Source: Edaphobacter aggregans (GTDB lineage Bacteria; Acidobacteriota; Terriglobia; Terriglobales; Acidobacteriaceae). Taken from it: DNA of 32,000 nucleotides. The position numbers were made by a program, and so were the translations under genes. Positions 25,775 to 32,000 of the stretch are shown one piece after another. Each line of letters opens with the position of its first letter. The first letter of the stretch is position 1. The stretch covers positions 5,370,001-5,402,000 of the forward strand of contig NZ_RSDW01000001.1 in the NCBI RefSeq assembly GCF_003945235.1, given 5' to 3'. The notes under the pieces were generated by a model. That model searched no databases and was not told the DNA's origin. It saw only the letters and a list, made by a program, of their open reading frames with translations.

Positions 25775-26461
25775 ATGGCTACAAAGAATATGCCTCCCGG
25801 GAAACCCAGAAGGTATCTCTGGCCCGCGGAGGCGGTGAACATCGCGCAGAAGAAACGACATCCGGTTCGGCTATGTGAAGAACTGATGGCACTGACCGGT
25901 TACGACAAAGCTGCTTGCTGGCGATTCTTGAAGAAACATGGTGTGGAGCGACCCGGGTCCGGGTCCAGGCGAACGTTCGATCCGACTACCGTCGAATCGA
26001 TCATGGAATATGTATCGGAGCATGGTGTACGGGCTGCGTCCCAACGTTTCCACTGTGAAGCCAAGACGCTATACAACTTGATCCATCGCCGCGGCTACGC
26101 GCACTACGGCAAAGATATATTCAGTTTGCGCCAGATCTGCGCACATTTCTGTGTCCGATACAGCAAGGTTATAAGTTGGATCGAGCAGGGGCTGCTCAAG
26201 GCAAAGCGCGAGCAAACGCGCACGGGACGACCTATCTATTCGATAGAGTTTGAGGCTCTGCAGAAGTTCTGCAAGGAACACCGGAACCTTTTGATTACAC
26301 GTCGCTGGCCACCCCAGCGGATCCGGTTCCTGGAGGAGTACGTGTTTGCTCCGAAGCATGCGGAATTGCTGCGGACCCGCGAAAGCAAGCGTGAGAATAG
26401 TGCGTTTGATCGTGGTGAATACTTAGACCCCGATGATGAAGACCTTCAGCGCAGGGCCTGA
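25775..26461 (+). CDS. Hypothetical DNA-binding protein with three HTH-like modules
   Basis: ATG 25775 follows GAGGTG. There are three helix-turn-helix-like segments: LCEELMALTGYDKAACWRFLKKHGV, GVRAASQRFHCEAKTLYNLIHRRG and FSLRQICAHFCVRYSKVISWIEQGLLKA (MerR/excisionase-like). The tail is acidic. Confidence 0.68.
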   Translation: MATKNMPPGKPRRYLWPAEAVNIAQKKRHPVRLCEELMALTGYDKAACWRFLKKHGVERPGSGSRRTFDPTTVESIMEYVSEHGVRAASQRFHCEAKTLYNLIHRRGYAHYGKDIFSLRQICAHFCVRYSKVISWIEQGLLKAKREQTRTGRPIYSIEFEALQKFCKEHRNLLITRRWPPQRIRFLEEYVFAPKHAELLRTRESKRENSAFDRGEYLDPDDEDLQRRA

Positions 26462-26976
26462 TCGCACTTCTCACGGACGCTGCATCCAGAGCAGCGGCCG
26501 CGTTGATTGTGATTTCGTTTCGCCTGCTTTGCCAGGCGGGCCGCTTGAACCGCCGCGATCATGTTTATAAGCCATTTGCGATTGGAGTCTGTGAACTCCA
26601 CTCGTCGAACCTGCTGACCGGCATAAATAACCAGGCCATAAGGAACCCGTTCCCCGAGCTGTTCTTCAACGAGTGCACAATAGGCCAGGTTCTGAATCAT
26701 GTGATTGGGATAGACCTCGTCTCGGGCTGGCGGCCGCTTGGAGTTCTTCAATTCGACCGGCACAATCCCTTCCGCGGTTCGGATCAGGCAGTCTGGCTTT
26801 CCGGAGATGCCCAGAGTCAGAGACCGCAGATCATGAGCTGCGAATGGCTGCCCGACAAGATCCTGATAGAACACCTCGCCAGCCGGTATTCCCGTCCTCC
26901 TGCGAGATCGGGCACTCAACCAAAAGAACAGGATAGCCAGGACCATCGCGGTAACAGCCATCAGCAGCACTGTCAT
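26446..26976 (-). CDS. Cas4/Dna2-like PD-(D/E)XK nuclease, core and C-terminal Cys cluster, with an N-terminal TM helix
   Basis: The N-terminus MTVLLMAVTAMVLAILFFWLSARSRRR forms the TM helix. The nuclease motifs are GISGKPDCLI (D) and VPVELKNSK (E-x-K), with QNLAYCALVEE. The C-terminal cysteines are RCSGCSVREKC. The ATG at 26976 overlaps the upstream stop as ATGA. Confidence 0.8.
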   Translation of the reverse strand: MTVLLMAVTAMVLAILFFWLSARSRRRTGIPAGEVFYQDLVGQPFAAHDLRSLTLGISGKPDCLIRTAEGIVPVELKNSKRPPARDEVYPNHMIQNLAYCALVEEQLGERVPYGLVIYAGQQVRRVEFTDSNRKWLINMIAAVQAARLAKQAKRNHNQRGRCSGCSVREKCDQALR

Positions 26977-27224
26977 TTCGCCCACCCCAGCCAGCAGAAG
27001 ACAATGAGAAAAATCGCCAACATGAGGGCGGCGAGACCTGCCCAGCGGTAGCCGTCACCACGAGCAAGTGATCTACCCTGCTCGACATGCCATGCGGTTG
27101 CCTCGGCTTGCAGTTTGCGAGCCATAGGCGACACCTCAGCACCATCGAGGTACTTCAAATGCCATGCTTTCGAGCAGTAGACGAACTCTGCCAATTCGGT
27201 GGCGCGAATGAATTTTTGCTTCAT
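26973..27224 (-). CDS. Small protein carrying the Cas4-like N-terminal Cys helix plus a C-terminal TM helix
   Basis: MKQKFIRATELAEFVYCSKAWHLKYLDG...ATAWHVEQG matches the Cas4/RecB-family N-terminal pattern (x-[ST]-[DE]-L-x2-[FY]-x2-C-x-[RK]-x2-[WYF]-L). It ends in the TM helix WAGLAALMLAIFLIVFCWLGW. GAGG lies 7 nt upstream of ATG 27224. Confidence 0.65.
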   Translation of the reverse strand: MKQKFIRATELAEFVYCSKAWHLKYLDGAEVSPMARKLQAEATAWHVEQGRSLARGDGYRWAGLAALMLAIFLIVFCWLGWAK

Positions 27225-27546
27225 CAAGGGCCTCGTGCTGGAGCAATGAAACCAGCTTTTCGTGGTTGGAGCAAACGAGCGAAATGTGATTGATGAAGAC
27301 GGATGTTTCGACGTGACACTGAGGAGAACTCACGCAACCGAAATGGGGCCGGCACAGCCAAGTTCGTCAAAAGAGAAAAAGCGTGTACCTCACTTTTGTA
27401 CTGAAGCTTGGTAGAGCTGAACGCTCGCAAAGACAGCTTCGGAGCTTTGTATGGGCGATTGGCTATGAGCCGAGAGCGACTTTCGTATCTTCAAGGCGAT
27501 CCTGGTCGCCTGAGCCATCCTTGTGTTTTGCGGTGTCTAAGTTCTT

Positions 27547-28764
27547 ATGCGCCACCGATGGCTCTTCCCGGCACTCTTGACTTCTTCTTTTTGTACCGCG
27601 CAGGTCACAGGCACCTTCTCACTTGAGAAGTCTACGTTTGCCCCAGGCGAGCCCGTATTTCTTTCCTTCACGCTTCACAATGGCGGCAGTGAACTCGAAG
27701 AAGTAAGCACTGCGGACCCTTACTCCTTCTGCTCTGGCTACAAACTGCACATTAGTCGCGATGGAGCTCCCGATCCAGCCTGCTTTCAGGGCTATGGCGG
27801 CAGTTGTCTGTCAGGGGTTCTCTCGCTTGCTCCCCATGCGTCGCACACGGAGCGCATCCTCCTAAATTATCGAAACAACTCCCGAGGCGATCTTAGTGCT
27901 CCGGTCAGCACCCCGGGGGACTACACGGTCGACGCTTCCCGCGAGATCGCATACGCACCGCCCGGCAGGGACTCCCGAGTCTATACCGCACCTGATCACA
28001 CCGAAGCTCACCAGGTTCTTCACGTTCGCGTCGACGATGCTCTCGAGCTCTCTCCGGCGGTCTATGCCCCCTACATTCAGCAGATCAATTCCAAAGACGA
28101 TCAGGTTCGTCGCGAAGCAGCACGCACACTCGCTACTCTCGCTCCGCCCGCACTAGAGCCTCTTCTGCTTACCTTTGCCATTTCGAAGGACTACGTACTC
28201 AAGCAGTTTGCTCCGCTCGCGCTCGCCAACCTCTCGACTAAAGCCAGCCTCAGTGCTCTGGCAGGGATGCTTCTTCATACCGATCCTGGCACTTACGAAT
28301 ACATGACGGCGGCCGAGAATCTGGGCAAAACTCATGACCCTTCCTGGTTTCCGGTGCTCCTCGAAGTCGCAGACCAGCATGGAGCCATGTACCTCTCCTA
28401 CGCCGCCGAAAGCGGCGCTGACGCGGCGATTCCCGCCTTTCTTACTCGTCTGCAAACACCGGACCCCAATATTCGCACAGCTGTGATCAACGCTCTCGGC
28501 CACACCGGAAGCAGAACGGCCGTTCCCCTCCTGATAGGGCTCCTGGGCTCTGAAGCAAACATGAAGGAGGAAGACGGCAGGAATGCTGCCATCAGCGCCA
28601 ACGCGGCCCTCATGCAGCTTACCCATGTTTACGCCGAGCAGGGCTCAAACGGTGATTTGATCCCAGGCTGGCATAGTCGGTGGCAGCAGTGGTGGTGGAC
28701 CTTCGGTTCGACTGCCACCATTTACAAGCCTGGTGAATGCGTGGCTATTACAGGGCTCCCCTAA
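27547..28764 (+). CDS. Secreted HEAT-repeat domain protein
   Basis: 405 aa with a signal peptide (MRHRWLFPALLTSSFCTAQ) and an N-terminal beta-rich domain. The C-terminal part has HEAT-like repeats (DDQVRREAARTLATLAPPALEPLL; DPNIRTAVINALGHTGSRTAVPLLIGLL). Confidence 0.82.
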   Translation: MRHRWLFPALLTSSFCTAQVTGTFSLEKSTFAPGEPVFLSFTLHNGGSELEEVSTADPYSFCSGYKLHISRDGAPDPACFQGYGGSCLSGVLSLAPHASHTERILLNYRNNSRGDLSAPVSTPGDYTVDASREIAYAPPGRDSRVYTAPDHTEAHQVLHVRVDDALELSPAVYAPYIQQINSKDDQVRREAARTLATLAPPALEPLLLTFAISKDYVLKQFAPLALANLSTKASLSALAGMLLHTDPGTYEYMTAAENLGKTHDPSWFPVLLEVADQHGAMYLSYAAESGADAAIPAFLTRLQTPDPNIRTAVINALGHTGSRTAVPLLIGLLGSEANMKEEDGRNAAISANAALMQLTHVYAEQGSNGDLIPGWHSRWQQWWWTFGSTATIYKPGECVAITGLP

Positions 28765-29156
28765 CGCCGGCACCACACAACCGAGATCTTCGCAGGTAGG
28801 CGGTTTGCCCGTAGCCGCAGCATCACTGATTTAAGTAGCTTTGCATAAGACATGTAGTCGTTAGTGGAGAAAAAGTGTGCACTTCGCTTTTGTCACGGAC
28901 ATGCCACGAGATTGATAACTTTCCTCCAGGCGTCAAAATCGATTCGATGTTCGAGCATAGCGGCCGCGGTGCTTATCGTGCCAACTGTTTTCAAATGCGC
29001 CATTTGTTACCCTTGTCGCTGAGCCAGAGTCCAGACAGTGTCTGGACAATTCGAGAGTCCCATCTGGTCCACCATGAACATCTGTCTGTCTCGGTGCCGA
29101 TTTCTCTGATAATGAAGTGTGAGATATTGACCAGAACATGAGAAGTGGATTCGATC

Positions 29157-30248
29157 ATGACGGATAGGCTGGAGACTCTCCAAAACTACAGCGCTGTTCG
29201 CACAGAGATTGTCGCATTGCTCAATGCGGCTCGAACCGCCTCGGTTCGAAGCGTCAATGCTCTGATGACCGCTACATATTGGGAGATAGGGCGTCGAATC
29301 GTCGAGTTTGAGCAGCAGGGTCAGGAAAGAGCTGAGTATGGAGAAGCCCTCATCAAACAGCTTGCGGACGATTTGACGCGCCAGTTTGGCCGAGGTTTTG
29401 GAGCCGTTAACCTGAGCCAGATGAGACGCTTTTACCTGGCATGGCCGCCTCGGCAGATTTTTCAGACACCGTCTGAAAAATCTTTGGCACTACCTGAACT
29501 GGCTGCCAAGTTCCCATTGCCGTGGTCCGCCTATGTCCGTCTGCTCTCTGTGAAGACTCCAGATGCCAGAGCTTTCTATGAAACTGAGGCTTTACGTTCC
29601 GGCTGGTCGATTCGGCAACTCGACCGTCAGATTAGCAGTCAGTTCTACGAGCGGATCGCACTCTCGAAGAATAAGGCCGCCATGCTGGAAGGCGCGCGGC
29701 GCGCCGAACCGGGCGATGCCATTACTGCAGAGGAAACCGTTAAAGATCCATTCGTATTGGAGTTCCTCGGTCTAAGAGACGAATACTCGGAGTCTGATCT
29801 CGAAGCGGCGCTCATTCACAATCTCACTGATTTTCTGCTGGAGTTGGGTGACGACTTCGCTTTTCTTGGCCGACAAAAGAGACTTCGTCTCGATGACACC
29901 TGGTTCCGTATCGATCTCCTCTTCTTTCATCGTCGCCTGCGGTGTTTGGTCGTCATCGACCTCAAGGTGGGCAAGTTCAGCTACGCCGATGCCGGGCAGA
30001 TGCACCTATATCTCAATTACGCCCGCGAACATTGGATGAAGGCGGGAGAGAATCCTCCGGTTGGACTCATCCTCTGCGCAGAAAAGGGAGCGGCGGAAGC
30101 CCACTATGCTCTCGATAACCTGCCGAACAAGGTGCTTGCTGCCGAGTATCAAACCGTGCTCCCGGACGAGAAGCTCATTGCGGATGAACTGGAAAGATCA
30201 CGCTCACACCTTGAAGAACGGCGTCTAAGGTTGAATCAGGAACATTGA
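29157..30248 (+). CDS. yhcG: YhcG-family PDDEXK nuclease (DUF1016)
   Basis: The N-terminal DUF1016 helical domain is VNALMTATYWEIGRRIVEFEQQGQERAEYGEALIKQLADDL. The C-terminal nuclease core is FAFLGRQKRLRLDDTWFRIDLLFFHRRLRCLVVIDLKVGKF...GQMHLYLNY. Confidence 0.9.
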   Translation: MTDRLETLQNYSAVRTEIVALLNAARTASVRSVNALMTATYWEIGRRIVEFEQQGQERAEYGEALIKQLADDLTRQFGRGFGAVNLSQMRRFYLAWPPRQIFQTPSEKSLALPELAAKFPLPWSAYVRLLSVKTPDARAFYETEALRSGWSIRQLDRQISSQFYERIALSKNKAAMLEGARRAEPGDAITAEETVKDPFVLEFLGLRDEYSESDLEAALIHNLTDFLLELGDDFAFLGRQKRLRLDDTWFRIDLLFFHRRLRCLVVIDLKVGKFSYADAGQMHLYLNYAREHWMKAGENPPVGLILCAEKGAAEAHYALDNLPNKVLAAEYQTVLPDEKLIADELERSRSHLEERRLRLNQEH

Positions 30249-30519
30249 CTTCCCGTTTTGTTGAATTTGGCCGCAAGCTGTCGCCAAATTGAGTCCTCTC
30301 GTTGAGAGCAGTAAGCCGCGGTCAGACCTACTCGACGCCAATGCGCTGTGCTCTCGACAAGTACGACAGAGAGGTACTTGGAAGCCTTTTCATGCCCTCG
30401 TCAAAAATATTTCTCCTTTTACACCAATTACTTAGCTGATGGCCTGCACTGCTCTCAGGGCAGTAGCAGTTGACGTCCACAGGTAGGCATAGGCGAATAT
30501 AAAGCGAATACTTACCTTT

Positions 30520-31554
30520 ATGCCCGCCACCTCCACAATCCGGACCCAGATCGAAGTAGCGCTTGCCCATAAGATTCCGTCCGCACTGACTCCGGCACCA
30601 AAGATGATCCGGCCGATGGCAGAAACTGGCATTAAATCCCTGGACAATCTCCTGCAAGGCGGCTTACCCATTGGGGCCGTAAGCGAGTTGGTCGGGCCAG
30701 AGTGTTCAGGTCGGACAGACATCGCTCTTTCGTTTGTGGCGCACCTGACTCAGGCATCCAAGGTCTGCGCCTGGATCGACGCTTCGAATAACTTTGACCC
30801 AGTGTCCGCCGCTGCGGCGGGAGTAGATCTTGCGCGGCTCTTATGGGTCCGCTGCGGTGCAGTGCGGGAGACAGTGAAACCACCGACACGCAACTTCGTT
30901 TTACCAGACAAGTACCTCGTTCCACGTCCCGCAAAGCAAGGATTGCACGGTGGAGGATTTGGTTCGCATCCTCGTGGCGAGGCAAAGGGGTTGTCCGGTG
31001 CCGTGAGTGGTCTGCTCAATCCACAATCCTTCGCGCCGCGCTGTGCGGAGCCGCAACTCAGGCTGAGAGAAGAAAATCCGAGCTTTATCGCAAGCGATGA
31101 ACCAGCAGTCGTCGCTTCTCGACGTTATTCTCCTACCTCTAAACCATGGGCACGCATTGAACAGGCATTGGGAACTGCAGACCTGCTTTTACAGGGCGGC
31201 GGCTTTAGTGCAGTCGTGCTGGATATGGCGAGTCTCGCCCCGGAGTTTGTCTCACGCATCCAGCTCTCGACCTGGTTTCGCTATCGAGCGGCAGCGGAGC
31301 GAACGCAATCCAGCGTTCTTCTCCTCACGCAGTATGCGTGTGCAAAGAGTAGCGCCGAATTACTTCTTCACCTCCAGCCTGCAGAAGCTATCGGCGATGA
31401 AATCACTGTATTTACAGGGATACAAGCTCATATTGAGGTAACGCGGCGACGTTTCGCGCCGAACACAAGCAATGTTGTTCCATTGCGTAAGCCACCGCAG
31501 AACGTCAGCGGAGCTACATGGCAGTGTCGAACCGCATGGTCAGGTGCGCGATGA
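30520..31554 (+). CDS. imuA: ImuA-like RecA-fold protein of the imuA-imuB-dnaE2 mutagenesis cassette
   Basis: TGIKSLDNLLQGGLPIGAVSELVGPECSGRTDIALSFVAHLTQASKVCAWIDASNNFDPVSAAAAGVDLARLLWVRC is the typical ImuA N-terminal core. The stop overlaps the imuB ATG (ATGA at 31551..31554). The protein is longer than typical ImuA because of a central low-complexity insert. Confidence 0.78.
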   Translation: MPATSTIRTQIEVALAHKIPSALTPAPKMIRPMAETGIKSLDNLLQGGLPIGAVSELVGPECSGRTDIALSFVAHLTQASKVCAWIDASNNFDPVSAAAAGVDLARLLWVRCGAVRETVKPPTRNFVLPDKYLVPRPAKQGLHGGGFGSHPRGEAKGLSGAVSGLLNPQSFAPRCAEPQLRLREENPSFIASDEPAVVASRRYSPTSKPWARIEQALGTADLLLQGGGFSAVVLDMASLAPEFVSRIQLSTWFRYRAAAERTQSSVLLLTQYACAKSSAELLLHLQPAEAIGDEITVFTGIQAHIEVTRRRFAPNTSNVVPLRKPPQNVSGATWQCRTAWSGAR

Positions 31555-32000
31555 CAAAGCCAACGGAACTCTATGCGTGTCTATATACGAAAGAATTTCC
31601 GGCGCAATCGCTATTACGGCTTCGCCCAGAGCTGCACAGTAAGCCTTGTGTGGTCATGGAGGGGGAAGCACCATCGCAATCTGTCTGCTCTCTGAATACA
31701 AAGGCGCGGCTCGCGGGCTTGGCTCGCGGCATGACCCGAGTGGAAGTCGAGACGTTCTCGGAGCCGGTAGTTCTGTCGCGTTCGGTTCAAGCGGAGACGG
31801 TCACAAGGTCGATACTCCTCGAATGCGCAGGTGCGTTTTCACCGAGGATAGAAGATCACAGGTCAGATACAGCTCTGCTCTGCGGTATCGACATCGCCGG
31901 CACAAAGAGTTTGTTCGGGCCCCCTGAACTGCTGGCGCAAAGCCTGCTCCAGCGCGTTAGGTCGCTCGGCATATCTGCGCGGGTCATTGTCAGCGACAAC
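31551..32000 (+). CDS. imuB: ImuB (Y-family DNA polymerase-like), 5' part only; continues past the window
   Basis: Absent from the ORF track because no stop lies inside the window. Manual translation gives MTKPTELYACLYTKEFPAQSLLRLRPELHSKPCVVMEGEAPSQSVCSLNTKARLAGLARGMTRVEVE...LLCGIDIAGTKSLFGPPELLAQSLLQRVRSLGISARVIVSDN, the typical ImuB N-terminus. Confidence 0.85.
   Translation, partial: MTKPTELYACLYTKEFPAQSLLRLRPELHSKPCVVMEGEAPSQSVCSLNTKARLAGLARGMTRVEVETFSEPVVLSRSVQAETVTRSILLECAGAFSPRIEDHRSDTALLCGIDIAGTKSLFGPPELLAQSLLQRVRSLGISARVIVSDN

Noticed and set aside
27224-27430. 68-aa minus ORF abutting the small Cas4 N-terminal gene (TGATG junction), a possible third coupled gene
   Set aside because: It has a TTG start, an R/S/F-rich low-complexity translation, and no hydrophobic or motif structure. 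It is more likely the 5' leader or promoter region.
30249-30519. Canonical LexA boxes upstream of imuA (GTTC-N7-GTTC, CTGT-N8-ACAG, CGAAC-N4-GTTCG)
   Set aside because: None is present; there is not even a single GTTC or GAAC tetramer. Only the non-canonical repeats reported in the findings were seen.
1-32000. CRISPR arrays, rRNA, tRNA, integrase or att sites
   Set aside because: I found no regularly spaced direct repeats, no rRNA-like or cloverleaf-forming segments, and no tyrosine or serine recombinase ORF by visual inspection. A tRNAscan/Rfam run could still find small RNAs I missed.

Overview
This is a moderately GC-rich bacterial chromosomal segment. By eye its gene content resembles Acidobacteriota/Terriglobia: many signal-peptide hypotheticals, a PD40 propeller, DUF2490, TPR-CHAT. 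That placement is inference only. I support about 33 protein-coding genes, one intact IS30-family insertion sequence and a recurring ~80 nt intergenic repeat family. I saw no rRNA, tRNA or CRISPR array.

Gene order, left to right:
- Two tandem GNAT acetyltransferases; the first runs off the left edge and is missing from the ORF track.
- A frameshifted 4-TM membrane gene.
- A Cys-type arylsulfatase.
- A PD40 beta-propeller.
- A DUF2490-like barrel.
- An IS30-family element (7909..9126).
- Several secreted hypotheticals.
- A ConA-like lectin-fold protein.
- A same-strand block: recJ-like exonuclease, an acidic protein with a C-terminal HxxxCxxC anti-sigma-type zinc motif, a TPR-CHAT protease, a PDZ-S41 peptidase, and an Xre(DUF2384)/RES toxin-antitoxin pair.
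- A beta-helix putative glycoside hydrolase.
- An ECF sigma / ZAS anti-sigma pair.
- A multi-HTH protein.
- A two-gene, membrane-anchored split Cas4-like PD-(D/E)XK nuclease.
- A secreted HEAT-repeat protein.
- A YhcG (DUF1016) nuclease.
- The start of an imuA-imuB mutagenesis cassette; imuB runs off the right edge and is also missing from the track.

The best candidates for something undescribed are:
1. The translationally coupled TPR-CHAT + S41 protease pair, together with its ZAS-domain and RecJ neighbours.
2. The Cas4-like nuclease split at a pair of transmembrane helices across an ATGA gene junction.
3. The intergenic repeat family, one copy of which appears to have been hit by the IS.

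All functional calls come from motif recognition by eye; no database search was run.
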